Virus record (IMG/VR): IMGVR_UViG_3300045988_169460
DNA from: a virus
Length of the DNA: 64,000 nt
Direction: 5' to 3' (one strand)
The number at the start of each line of letters is the position of its first letter. The stretch's first letter is position 1. A program made the position numbers and the translations under genes. Shown here piece by piece: positions 25,629 through 34,523 of this stretch. The notes beneath the pieces were generated by a model. It did no database searches and was not told the DNA's origin. It worked only from the letters and a program-made list of their open reading frames with translations.

Positions 25629-26161
25629 TAAAAAGCATGGCGAGAAAAGGAACAACAAAGTACAAAAGTAATAAACAAGAAAAAGATGTAGCAAAAGTAT
25701 TAGGTGGAAAAACAGTAATGGCTAGCGGCTCTTTATGGCAAGCTAAGGGTGATGTAAGAACATCAAGATACTTAGTTGAGTGTAAGACTACTGATAAAGA
25801 TTTTTATAAGCTGGAACAAAAGATTTTAGCTAAAATTGCAAAAGAAGCTATAAAGGATGGACTAAGAAGCCCTTTATTAGTTTTTGATTGCAAGAATGAG
25901 AGATTTGTAGTCTTTAGAATAAAGGACTGTTCGTTAAAAGCCTCTTTAATCTTTAAATTATTTAAAGTAAAGATTATTGATACTTTAGTAAAAGGTAGAA
26001 GTATTTCTTTATCTTATAAAGAAGATTTAAAGAGTTTAAATAAAAATGAGAATGCTATAGGATTTAGTGTTCATAACTATAGATTAGTTCCTGAAACTTG
26101 GTTTTTAGTTTCAGAAGAAGTATTCTTAAAAAATGAAAGAGTATTATACGAGGTTATGTAA
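25625..26161 (+). CDS. PD-(D/E)xK nuclease, Holliday-junction-resolvase-like
   Basis: E...SGS...GDV...VECK pattern. Paralogous core to 28270-28800. Confidence 0.45.
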   Translation: MIKSMARKGTTKYKSNKQEKDVAKVLGGKTVMASGSLWQAKGDVRTSRYLVECKTTDKDFYKLEQKILAKIAKEAIKDGLRSPLLVFDCKNERFVVFRIKDCSLKASLIFKLFKVKIIDTLVKGRSISLSYKEDLKSLNKNENAIGFSVHNYRLVPETWFLVSEEVFLKNERVLYEVM

Positions 26162-27027
26162 TGAAGCGGTTAAAAGTAAGAGGTTCAGCTACTAGCCTGT
26201 TTTCTATTATGAAGGGGTCAAATTGCCCTTTAACAACAGCAATAGACTCTTATTTATTAACTGAAAAAGATGATGAAGGAAGAAAACATGGCTTTAATAG
26301 TCCTAGTGGGATAAAAGATTGTGTAAGGTCTCTTTATTATGTTAGAAAGTTTTATGACTGCACAAATGTAATAAAACCAAGAACAAAACGAGTATTTCAT
26401 AATGGTAAAGATGTTCATACTAGGATACAAAATTGTTTAATAAAATCTGGTTTATTATTACAAGAAGAGCCACCAGTATTTAATGCAGAACTACAAATAT
26501 TAGGGAATGCGGATGGATTGGCTTTAATCAATGGACATTTAGGTGTGTTAGAGATAAAGTCAATTAATCATTGTGAATATGTAGGATTAATAGAACCTAA
26601 GCCAGAACATATAAAACAAGCTTCAATTTATATGTATTGTTTTGAAACGATAAGGCAAGCAATGCAGAGTGAGGACTTTTGTGGTGAAGAACTTGCTAAT
26701 AAATATTACTTATCTTTAGATAAATCTTTAAAAGTAAAAGAGCGAAAAAGCAGAAAACAAGGCTTTTTAAAAATGTTAAATCTTATAGAAGACTACAAAA
26801 CCACTCCAATAGATAGCATTGATTTTTTGTATGAAAATAAAAATACACAAGAGATTAAAGAATTTATTGTTTATTGGGATGAGAGTATAATGCAAGAGAT
26901 AAAAAGTAAATATACTTTTTTGAATGAATGTATAGCAAAAAACAAAATACCTGATAGACCAGAGGGCAGTACAAAAAGTGGTAGTTGTAAAAATTGTAAA
27001 TATAAAGGAGTGTGTTATAGTGAATAA
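26161..27027 (+). CDS. Cas4/RecB-like PD-(D/E)xK exonuclease with a Cys cluster
   Basis: GNADGL...LEIKS, an N-terminal Cys, and C-terminal CKNCKYKGVC. Confidence 0.6.
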   Translation: MKRLKVRGSATSLFSIMKGSNCPLTTAIDSYLLTEKDDEGRKHGFNSPSGIKDCVRSLYYVRKFYDCTNVIKPRTKRVFHNGKDVHTRIQNCLIKSGLLLQEEPPVFNAELQILGNADGLALINGHLGVLEIKSINHCEYVGLIEPKPEHIKQASIYMYCFETIRQAMQSEDFCGEELANKYYLSLDKSLKVKERKSRKQGFLKMLNLIEDYKTTPIDSIDFLYENKNTQEIKEFIVYWDESIMQEIKSKYTFLNECIAKNKIPDRPEGSTKSGSCKNCKYKGVCYSE

Positions 27028-27259
27028 AATTCTTTCTAAGGTATTTTATGGATTAGGTATGTTATTAGGCGTAATAGTAATGTCTATTGTTTGTGTGGCT
27101 TTCAGTTTTTGTTTCTGTGTAGTGCCTTATTTAATATATACTTTTTTGCCAGTAACACTTAGTCCAGTTTTAATTTGGTTATTTGGCGCAATTTATTTAG
27201 TTACTGCTTTTTTATGCCTTTATAACTTTATGGTTCGGGGCAAAGCTTTTAACTTATGA
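27020..27259 (+). CDS. small membrane protein
   Basis: GTG after AAAGGAG; two TM segments. Confidence 0.45.
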   Translation: MNKILSKVFYGLGMLLGVIVMSIVCVAFSFCFCVVPYLIYTFLPVTLSPVLIWLFGAIYLVTAFLCLYNFMVRGKAFNL

Positions 27260-27807
27260 AAGTATGGCAAATATTTAAAGAGTATGCTTGGATATTATGC
27301 ATTTTTTTAAGTGTAGCGTGTTTTTATTTTTATAACAAACCGCCAGAGATTATTTATAAATCAGCAGTAAATATTGATAATGGCGAATTAACAGTTGAGG
27401 ATATAAAACGTCCTCAAATTACATTAGATTCAAGTATTAAGGAACAAGCGAAAGTTCAAGTAATAGAAAAAAAAGATGAAACAGAAGCGGATTTAAATAT
27501 AAAAGATAACTATAAATTTAAAGCTAATATAAATGGTAAAGAGATTGAAATTGTTCCTGATACTAAAGAAAATTTTGAGTTTAAAAAAGATGCTGTTAAT
27601 ATAGATAGAGATATAGAGATAGAATATAAAATTAAGACAACAACATTACAGCCTAATTTTGGTTTAGGATTGGGAATTGATTTTAATGGGAATCCAGCAA
27701 TGAGTGCAAACGTGAAGCTTAAAAAAGCACCAGTATACTTTTGGGGAGCATCAAACTTCAAAGATTCGCATATGATAGGAGTAGGTATTTATGGTGACTT
27801 TAATTGA
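27256..27807 (+). CDS. membrane-anchored hypothetical protein
   Basis: N-terminal TM segment. Confidence 0.45.
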   Translation: MKVWQIFKEYAWILCIFLSVACFYFYNKPPEIIYKSAVNIDNGELTVEDIKRPQITLDSSIKEQAKVQVIEKKDETEADLNIKDNYKFKANINGKEIEIVPDTKENFEFKKDAVNIDRDIEIEYKIKTTTLQPNFGLGLGIDFNGNPAMSANVKLKKAPVYFWGASNFKDSHMIGVGIYGDFN

Positions 27808-28273
27808 CAAGATTGAAAGTCAACTTTCACAAGAAGGTGTAACCCCTTTCTCCAATGAGAATATTGAAAGAGACTATTTAAAATTGCCAAGATATTTAGA
27901 TGAGTTACCTGCCGCTGAAATAGGAAGGTATCTCCATGCTACAGTACAGCAAAGGGTATATGTAAGAACGCTTATATCTCAAACAAGAGCGTATTTAAGG
28001 GAAGCACAGAGTCAGTTAAATATGGAAAAAGCTTTAATTTATAAAAGTTTTCCAGTAAAAATGAGTCTTACAGAAAAAGAATTAAAACTTGCAGAATATC
28101 CTTCCGCTAAAGAGGCAATGGAAAGGGTGATATATTTGCAAGAAAGACTTGATTATTTAAAAGATGTATTAGATAGCTTAGAAGATTTAAAATTTAATAT
28201 TAGTAGAGAGTTGTCTAGACGTGGAGTAGACTTTACAGATGCCAACAGAAGTGCTAGGGTTGGTGTAGAGTGA
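27791..28273 (+). CDS. hypothetical protein
   Basis: ORF track. Confidence 0.45.
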   Translation: MVTLIDKIESQLSQEGVTPFSNENIERDYLKLPRYLDELPAAEIGRYLHATVQQRVYVRTLISQTRAYLREAQSQLNMEKALIYKSFPVKMSLTEKELKLAEYPSAKEAMERVIYLQERLDYLKDVLDSLEDLKFNISRELSRRGVDFTDANRSARVGVE

Positions 28274-28800
28274 AGCAAGTAGATGTTCTTAAAGAACGGT
28301 TAGAACTTTTAAAAAGATATGAACCTGATTCGAAAGAAATAGTAGAGTTAGAAAATCGGATTAAATTAAGCAAAAAAGCTAAATCCAGTAGGAGAAAAGG
28401 GGCATCTTATGAATCAAAGGTAAGGAAGCTTTTGGGCGAAAGATTTCCTGATTTAGATTTTTCAAGAGTTCCTTCCAGTGGTGGATTTCAAAAATCCTCA
28501 GCTAATACTTTGTTAAGAGGAGACTTAGTTAATCTAAATGAAGATTATGATTTCAAATTACATTTAGAACTAAAAAATCAAAATAGATGGCAAGTTAATA
28601 CATGGTTTGAGCAAGCTGAAAGTGATTGTATTGAAGGTAAATTGCCTATAGTCATTATGCATAGAACGCAGAAAAATGAAAATGGCAAGCGAATAGCAGA
28701 AGCAGATGATTTTGTATTTTTACGTTTAAAAGATTTTTTAGATATTCTAGATGATGGAAAAATAATCAAAAAATGTCTTGACAAAAAGACAAAAATGTGA
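28270..28800 (+). CDS. PD-(D/E)xK nuclease-like protein
   Basis: GASYESKVRKLL...SGG...GDLV...LELKNQ pattern. Confidence 0.4.
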   Translation: MKQVDVLKERLELLKRYEPDSKEIVELENRIKLSKKAKSSRRKGASYESKVRKLLGERFPDLDFSRVPSSGGFQKSSANTLLRGDLVNLNEDYDFKLHLELKNQNRWQVNTWFEQAESDCIEGKLPIVIMHRTQKNENGKRIAEADDFVFLRLKDFLDILDDGKIIKKCLDKKTKM

Positions 28801-28806
28801 TATAAT
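28778..28806 (+). promoter_or_regulatory. sigma-A-type promoter embedded in the 3' end of the upstream gene
   Basis: TTGACA-17-TGaTATAAT. It drives the SpoVS-like gene. Confidence 0.6.
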
Positions 28807-28867
28807 AACATTTGTAATAATTTTAAAAAAGCCTATAAAGGGCTATAAAAGGAAAGAGGAAGATAGA

Positions 28868-29152
28868 ATGGAAAAAACAGCTTTATTTAAAGTTTCTTCA
28901 ACAAGTAATGCAAAAAGTGTAGCAGGCTCAATCAGCCACACATTGAAAGGTGACGGAGATACGGCACCAAAAGATGTAGTATTGCAAGCAATCGGAGCTA
29001 GTGCCATTAATCAAACATGTAAAGCTATTGCTATTTCAAGAGGGCATTTAGCTGTGGCAGGATACGATGTAGTTACTAGAATTGGATTTGACGTTGTTGA
29101 AATTGATGGTGAAGAACGTACAATTTTGAAATTCTTCGTATCATTGAGATAA
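28868..29152 (+). CDS. spoVS: SpoVS-like protein
   Basis: KVSSTSNAKSVAGSI...LQAIGASAINQTCKAIAISRG...IDGEERTILKF closely matches the stage V sporulation protein S family. Confidence 0.8.
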   Translation: MEKTALFKVSSTSNAKSVAGSISHTLKGDGDTAPKDVVLQAIGASAINQTCKAIAISRGHLAVAGYDVVTRIGFDVVEIDGEERTILKFFVSLR

Positions 29153-29176
29153 CTCTGACTAGAGTATAACAGTCAT

Positions 29177-29204
29177 AGCCCACCATTTAGGTGGGCTTTT
29201 ATTT
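29177..29204 (+). terminator. intrinsic terminator
   Basis: AGCCCACC-attta-GGTGGGCT followed by a T-run. Confidence 0.8.
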
Positions 29205-29218
29205 TAAGGGGGCATACT

Positions 29219-29602
29219 ATGAACCAAGAACTCACATTAGCAGTTAGCAGTAGTTTTGAAGCCGCTCATCATTTAGTAAATCCAACAGCATTTAATGAGA
29301 AATGCCTTAAACTACATGGACATTCTTATAAGTATACTATCTTTTTAAAAGGAGAAGTACAAGATGGTGGTATGGTAGAAGATTTTGGAGCTATAAAGAG
29401 GTATATTATAAATGAAATAACAAAGCTCTATGACCATTCAGATTTAAACAGATTTTTTTATAATCCTACCGCAGAAATGTTAGTTTTAGATATGGCATGG
29501 AGAGTAGAAGCCTTAATAGAGGATAATAGTTTAAAAGTTAAACTGACCAAAATAGAATTAGCCGAAACGGATAATAATAGGGTAATATGGGAGTCACAGT
29601 AA
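29219..29602 (+). CDS. queD: 6-carboxy-5,6,7,8-tetrahydropterin synthase
   Basis: FEAAHHL...CLKLHGHSYKY motif and about 125 aa length. Confidence 0.8.
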   Translation: MNQELTLAVSSSFEAAHHLVNPTAFNEKCLKLHGHSYKYTIFLKGEVQDGGMVEDFGAIKRYIINEITKLYDHSDLNRFFYNPTAEMLVLDMAWRVEALIEDNSLKVKLTKIELAETDNNRVIWESQ

Positions 29603-30259
29603 ATGTATATTACAGAGATTTTTAGTAGTATTCAAGGTGAGGGGAAGTATACAGGCTATCCTACTACCTTTGTTAGATTATTTGGTTGCAATTTATTTGA
29701 GATGTCTCCTAGCTATGCTTGTAAGTATTGTGATGAGAAACATTCAATGACAGGCAAACGAATAAAGATGCATTTAGGATTGGTAATGGATAAGATAGGG
29801 GCATTAGGAAATAAATATGTTTGTATCACAGGTGGAGAACCTTTAATGCAGGAAGAAACTATGCCTTTAGTTTATGAATTATTGTATAATGATTATATTG
29901 TTACAGTAGAAACAAATGGGACAATTCCTATAGAGCATTGTGAATATGTAAGAAGTTATTCATATTGTATGGATGTTAAATTACCTAGTAGCAGAACAGT
30001 ATTAGCACCAGATTTAAATTGTTATAAGAATTTAGGAGAGCTAAAAGTAAATGATGAAGTTAAGTTTGTTATTTCTAATATCCATGATTATGAAGAAGCA
30101 AAACGGATTTTAAAGAAATATAAAACTAAAGCAAGCCTTATTTTTTCTCCTGTAAATTGTGATTTAGAATTAGCAAGAGAAATAATGGGCTGGTTAATGA
30201 AAGATAAATTAAAAGCTAAATTAGGATTACAAATACACAAATTATTAGAAATTAAATAG
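29603..30259 (+). CDS. queE: 7-carboxy-7-deazaguanine synthase (radical SAM)
   Basis: EIFSSIQGEG, Cys motif GCNL-x14-CKYCD, GGEPL. Confidence 0.8.
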   Translation: MYITEIFSSIQGEGKYTGYPTTFVRLFGCNLFEMSPSYACKYCDEKHSMTGKRIKMHLGLVMDKIGALGNKYVCITGGEPLMQEETMPLVYELLYNDYIVTVETNGTIPIEHCEYVRSYSYCMDVKLPSSRTVLAPDLNCYKNLGELKVNDEVKFVISNIHDYEEAKRILKKYKTKASLIFSPVNCDLELAREIMGWLMKDKLKAKLGLQIHKLLEIK

Positions 30260-30269
30260 TAAAAATCTA

Positions 30270-30298
30270 TTGACAAATATGGATTTTTATGGTATAAT
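30270..30298 (+). promoter_or_regulatory. sigma-A-type promoter (TTGACA-17-TGgTATAAT)
   Basis: Consensus boxes. Confidence 0.65.
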
Positions 30299-30309
30299 AG
30301 GAGTATAAT

Positions 30310-30921
30310 ATGAAGATAGAAAATGTTAGAATATATGGTTTGCCAGAGAGCTTAATAGCCTCTGGCTATCCCATGTTATCTACAGAATTAAATGAAAAGG
30401 AATTTTTAAAGGAAGTAGAAGCGACAGAAAGAATAATTAAAAATAAATCTGGTAGTAATAAACATATAGAAAGAGGTATTAGATTAGGCAATTCTCCTTT
30501 AGGTAGCGGACATAATTGTGCTTTAAAGGGAATTACAGTACAATTTGATTTAACTTTTCCTCAGTATACATGGCAACAGTTACAAAGATATCACTATATT
30601 GATTTTATAAGTTCAATGAGCAAAATGCATCGTATTACAATGCTTGATTTAGATAAACATTGTCCTTTAGTGGATAATGAATTATTAAAAATTTCACAAA
30701 GATATGTAAATGCTTATAAAAAAGGTGAGATTGGCATAGATGCTTGTTTATCTAATATTCCTATGGGATTACAGATGACAGCACGAATGACTACAAATTA
30801 TTTACAATTATTATCTATTTATCATCAAAGAAATACTCATCGTTCAGATGAATGGAAAGAGTTTTGTTCTTGGGTAAAAACACTGCCTATGTTTAAAGAG
30901 TTGTGTTTAAAAGGAGAATAA
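30310..30921 (+). CDS. divergent ThyX-fold-like protein (catalytic motifs not conserved)
   Basis: By-eye alignment to ThyX: GHNCALKGITVQFDLTFPQYTWQQLQRYHYIDFISSMSKMH versus HETPFEH..F.F....P.FV.RQ..RHR..S.NE.S.RY. Also a C-terminal NYLQLLSIYHQR...W segment. Confidence 0.3.
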   Translation: MKIENVRIYGLPESLIASGYPMLSTELNEKEFLKEVEATERIIKNKSGSNKHIERGIRLGNSPLGSGHNCALKGITVQFDLTFPQYTWQQLQRYHYIDFISSMSKMHRITMLDLDKHCPLVDNELLKISQRYVNAYKKGEIGIDACLSNIPMGLQMTARMTTNYLQLLSIYHQRNTHRSDEWKEFCSWVKTLPMFKELCLKGE

Positions 30922-30925
30922 ATGT

Positions 30926-31345
30926 ATGGATTTAAACTCTGTTAATATAACAGCTACACAAGTAGCTAAAAATTATTTTTCAGCTTATGTTGAAAATGGC
31001 TTTATTTATTCTTATAGTGTATATGGTGAAAGACAACAAGTTGGTGTTACAAACGATGCTTATACTGCTTTACAGAAGACAGCGCAAGAAGCTTTAGATA
31101 AAGCTGAAAAGTATTATCAACGATTAGTGGAGTTAGGAGATATAGTACCTCCTAAAACATCAGAAGAAACTATTGCAGAATTGATGTCTGTAGTTAGTGA
31201 ATTACGTAATGAGATAAGAGAAATGAAGACAGTTCAACATAAGGGGGATTCAAATGAATCTATTAAGTATACTGAAAGCTCTGGGGATAAAAATTTCCCC
31301 ACAAATAGAGGAAGCTATAGCAAAGGCACAGCAACTGGCAAATAA
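30926..31345 (+). CDS. hypothetical protein
   Basis: ORF track. The 3' end overlaps the next ORF by 92 nt. Confidence 0.4.
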   Translation: MDLNSVNITATQVAKNYFSAYVENGFIYSYSVYGERQQVGVTNDAYTALQKTAQEALDKAEKYYQRLVELGDIVPPKTSEETIAELMSVVSELRNEIREMKTVQHKGDSNESIKYTESSGDKNFPTNRGSYSKGTATGK

Positions 31346-31604
31346 CTATGGCAATTCTAAAGAGGGCTTTATAAAAGCAGTTAATGAAAATGGTGGAACA
31401 GAATCTTTAACAAAAGCCTTAGCAACATTAGATAATCCAAATGTTGCTAGAGTTTTAACAGCGTTAGGGCACCCGCCAGAGTCTATAAAACAAGCAGTTA
31501 ATAGTCTTGGAGCAATAGCTCCTACGCCACAACAAACTCCTAATAATCAAAATATTTCTAATGAGATTAGGTCTTTTGAAGAAAGGCTTAAAAGATTAAA
31601 GTAG
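31254..31604 (+). CDS. hypothetical protein
   Basis: ATG after AAGGGGGA. Confidence 0.4.
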   Translation: MNLLSILKALGIKISPQIEEAIAKAQQLANNYGNSKEGFIKAVNENGGTESLTKALATLDNPNVARVLTALGHPPESIKQAVNSLGAIAPTPQQTPNNQNISNEIRSFEERLKRLK

Positions 31605-31641
31605 TAATACTTTAGTTATGTATTTTAAGGAGTGATTTTAA

Positions 31642-32139
31642 GTGGATGAAAAAATAAATTGGGGCTTTATCATTCTTATCTTCTTGTTCTTTATGATTTT
31701 TGGAGGATGGGGTAATGGTGGTCTGTTTGGTGGCAGAGGTGGAGAATGCGCTGGTTGTGGTGTAGTTTCTAACTGTCAAGTAGAAAAACAGCAAATCATT
31801 GATACAGCTAGAACTCAATACATGATTGAAAACACTGCAAAACAAACCCAAGAACAGGCAATGGCTTTAGCTAATGCTCTTGGAACTAAAATTGATTTCT
31901 ATGAATATCAAAATCTGCGTGACCAACTGGCACAAGAAAGAACTAAAAATGTGGTTCTGGAAAATCGTGTCTATAGTGATGCTAAATTTAATGCACTGGA
32001 AAGACAGAACGAAGCTATGTTTGGCGTATTAAAATCTGAAATTGCAGACTTGTCTTGCAATGTTCCGAAACGTCCTCCATACTATGCACAAGGTTTTGTA
32101 GCTTGTGGTTCTCCGATTCCCAATGGATGTTGCAACTAA
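31642..32139 (+). CDS. membrane-anchored Gly/Cys-rich protein
   Basis: GTG after TTAAGGAGTGATT. N-terminal TM, GGWGNGGLFGGRGGECAGCG, C-terminal GCCN. Locally atypical codon use (CTG, CGT). Confidence 0.5.
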   Translation: MDEKINWGFIILIFLFFMIFGGWGNGGLFGGRGGECAGCGVVSNCQVEKQQIIDTARTQYMIENTAKQTQEQAMALANALGTKIDFYEYQNLRDQLAQERTKNVVLENRVYSDAKFNALERQNEAMFGVLKSEIADLSCNVPKRPPYYAQGFVACGSPIPNGCCN

Positions 32140-32169
32140 TCTTTTGAAGTTCCGCTTATTTGCGTGATT

Positions 32170-32201
32170 GAGGGGTAGGCGGTATGCCTACCTCTCTTTT
32201 T
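32170..32201 (+). terminator. intrinsic terminator
   Basis: GAGGGGTAGGC-ggtat-GCCTACCTCTC followed by a T-run. Confidence 0.8.
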
Positions 32202-32221
32202 ATATTAAGGAGTGATTATTA

Positions 32222-32602
32222 ATGAATTGTAATTGTACAAATATTTTAGCCTCTACTTCTATTACATCCGAAGCTAATGATATTGATATCGTGGTTCCAA
32301 GTAGAACTATTTATAATGGTCAATGTGAGAAGTTATTAATACAACAGGCAATTCCTGTAAGTACAAATGGAAATGCAGTTCCTGTAAAATTAACTATTGG
32401 TGATGCTTCTGTCTTATTATTAGACCGTTGTGGAAACGCTGTTTTTTCTGACCAATTAAAATCAAGAAAAATCTATGATATTAGATTTCATACAACAGCT
32501 TTAACAGCTACTATTCTGTGTTCTATTCCAAACTGTACTAGTGGAGTAAATACTGTATTTAATCCTGCAACACCTCCTTCTGAGCCTGTTCCAAGTAATT
32601 AA
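32222..32602 (+). CDS. hypothetical Cys-containing protein
   Basis: ATG after TTAAGGAGTGATT, the same leader as 31642. Confidence 0.5.
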   Translation: MNCNCTNILASTSITSEANDIDIVVPSRTIYNGQCEKLLIQQAIPVSTNGNAVPVKLTIGDASVLLLDRCGNAVFSDQLKSRKIYDIRFHTTALTATILCSIPNCTSGVNTVFNPATPPSEPVPSN

Positions 32603-32620
32603 TAGACAGGAGGATTAGCT

Positions 32621-32791
32621 ATGAAACTAGATTTAGTGTCCTTAATGTTAGGTTTTGGTGTTGGTTATCTAGCATTAACAGAATCAGGTAGAAAACAGTT
32701 AATAAAAGTAAGCAATCAAGGTGGGGAATTAGTAAATAAGCTTACAGATAAGTATATAGGCGAGCCTATCAGTAAAGCATTAGGGGAATAG
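32621..32791 (+). CDS. small membrane-associated protein (56 aa)
   Basis: ATG after AGGAGGA. Below the track cutoff. Confidence 0.4.
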   Translation: MKLDLVSLMLGFGVGYLALTESGRKQLIKVSNQGGELVNKLTDKYIGEPISKALGE

Positions 32792-32794
32792 AAA

Positions 32795-33250
32795 GTGTCA
32801 CACATGAAGAAGTCGTTAATGCACCTGACGAAGAAGCAAAACTGGATTGATGATTTAGTTGAAATATTAAAATGTAGATTAAAATATCCTACAACAGATT
32901 TAAAAGAAGTTTATGAAGATATAGAAGAAGACATTTATTTATGTGTTAATGGCGAGCATTTTGATGAGGACTTAGCGAAACAAGCCGTTAGTGAGATGAT
33001 AAATGCAGGTGGTACAACTGGCGAGAAATGGAGCAAGGAACGTACTGATGAGGCTGCTCGGATTGTCGGCATCACTGAAAACCTCTGGGATTTTTACTAT
33101 GTTATTAATATGTACTACAGCGATTACAACACAGTTATCGGTGAAGATATTACAATGGCGGCGAAACTCTCTAAAGCGTTCATTGAGGATGTAGATGTTC
33201 CAGAAGGAAAGGCTTATAGATACTACAAATATGTAGTTAAAGATGAATAA
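32795..33250 (+). CDS. hypothetical protein
   Basis: ORF track; start at GTG 32795 or ATG 32804. Confidence 0.45.
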   Translation: MSHMKKSLMHLTKKQNWIDDLVEILKCRLKYPTTDLKEVYEDIEEDIYLCVNGEHFDEDLAKQAVSEMINAGGTTGEKWSKERTDEAARIVGITENLWDFYYVINMYYSDYNTVIGEDITMAAKLSKAFIEDVDVPEGKAYRYYKYVVKDE

Positions 33251-33461
33251 TAACGGAAATAATAATAGTCTTCTGGATACTTTAGGGGCTTTAGGTGATT
33301 TATTAGGCATATTAAACTACATAGAAAATTTACAACAAACTAAAAATGATGTTATAATGAAAGAATTAAGAAAGCAAGATAGTGTATATTTTAAGCAAAT
33401 ATTAGAAAATCAAGCAAGAATTGAAGAAAAGTTAGATAAGTTACTTGACAAGCAAGAGTAG
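33243..33461 (+). CDS. small coiled-coil protein
   Basis: ORF track. Confidence 0.45.
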   Translation: MNNNGNNNSLLDTLGALGDLLGILNYIENLQQTKNDVIMKELRKQDSVYFKQILENQARIEEKLDKLLDKQE

Positions 33462-33473
33462 TTATGATATAAT
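33445..33473 (+). promoter_or_regulatory. sigma-A-type promoter overlapping the end of the upstream gene
   Basis: TTGACA-17-TGaTATAAT. Confidence 0.6.
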
Positions 33474-33503
33474 AGAGGTGTAGTCAAGGCTACGCCTCTA
33501 TTT
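33474..33503 (+). terminator. terminator hairpin abutting the -10 box
   Basis: AGAGGTGTAG-tcaagg-CTACGCCTCT-ATTTT. The predicted start of the adjacent promoter falls inside the 5' arm. Confidence 0.55.
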
Positions 33504-33523
33504 TAATTATAAGGAAGGTTAAA

Positions 33524-33781
33524 ATGCAGAAATTTAAGTTGAGAAATAAAGACCTAGATACTTTAATGGGGATTTATAGAAACAGTTCAATGATTTTTAT
33601 AAAAATAAATCAGTTAACACTACATCAATTTTTCTACGCACATATATCACAAGAAGCAATGGAAAGAAATGAGCCTATTCCTGTTAGAGAAGCTAATATT
33701 ATGACTAGTCGAGTATTGTTTTGGATGCTAGCAAGGGATTTTCTATATTTTTTTAAAAATATTGATGAGGAATGGGAATGA
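33524..33781 (+). CDS. WE-tail protein (ends DEEWE)
   Basis: ORF track. Confidence 0.55.
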   Translation: MQKFKLRNKDLDTLMGIYRNSSMIFIKINQLTLHQFFYAHISQEAMERNEPIPVREANIMTSRVLFWMLARDFLYFFKNIDEEWE

Positions 33782-34029
33782 GAAAAAAATATAGTTTTAG
33801 AAGTTATGTAACAATAAATTTTTTACAAAATATATTTCCTTTAACTGCTAATGAATGTAGAAAAGTATTAAAATGTGAATATTTTGAAGCAGAAGAAATA
33901 AGGATTAATTTACATAATTGTTTATTTATATATTTAGAGATAGATAATAAGGTAAGAAGATTTGTGGTTACAGAAAAAGAATTAAAATATTTTAGCAAAG
34001 AATTTAAAGGATTTTATGGATGGGAGTAA
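33778..34029 (+). CDS. WE-tail protein (ends YGWE)
   Basis: ATGA overlap with the upstream stop. Confidence 0.55.
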   Translation: MRKKYSFRSYVTINFLQNIFPLTANECRKVLKCEYFEAEEIRINLHNCLFIYLEIDNKVRRFVVTEKELKYFSKEFKGFYGWE

Positions 34030-34034
34030 GAAAC

Positions 34035-34523
34035 ATGAAAATTATAGCAGTAGATTTTGATGGAACATTATGTGAAAATAAGTACCCAGAAATAGGTGAG
34101 CCTGTTATTGGGTATTATCGAGGGTGGAAAGGTGATAAATACTTTTCTTGTCGCTTTCATTTTATTAAGCTTTTAATAGCTTTGCAAGAAATGGGGAATA
34201 AAATAATTCTTTTTACTTGCAGAGGTGGGGAACAATTAGAAGAAGCTGTAAGTTGGTGCGATAATCTATTTGGATTAAAGTTTGATGCAGTTAATAATGA
34301 TGTAGAAGAAACTTTACAAAGGTATGCTCCAACTCTTGAATTAAGAAATCAATTATCTGCTACAAGAAAGATTTATGCAGATGTTTATATAGATGACAGA
34401 AATTTAAATGCAGATGAATATTTAGAGAAGAATTTAATTTTATTAGATGCAAAATCTTTATATGATATGGGGATAACAGAAAATGCTACAGAATTTTTAA
34501 TTGAAAGGGTGTTGAATAAATGA
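34035..34523 (+). CDS. HAD-superfamily phosphatase / nucleotidase-like
   Basis: MKIIAVDFDGTL (DxDGT motif I). ATG 8 nt after GGGAG. Confidence 0.6.
   Translation: MKIIAVDFDGTLCENKYPEIGEPVIGYYRGWKGDKYFSCRFHFIKLLIALQEMGNKIILFTCRGGEQLEEAVSWCDNLFGLKFDAVNNDVEETLQRYAPTLELRNQLSATRKIYADVYIDDRNLNADEYLEKNLILLDAKSLYDMGITENATEFLIERVLNK

Noticed and set aside
30926-31604. Programmed frameshift between 30926-31345 and 31254-31604, which overlap by 92 nt and have a G5 run near 31245.
   Set aside because: The second ORF has its own good RBS (AAGGGGGA) and ATG, and there is no clear slippery heptamer. The overlap may simply reflect a late stop in the first ORF. The evidence is insufficient.
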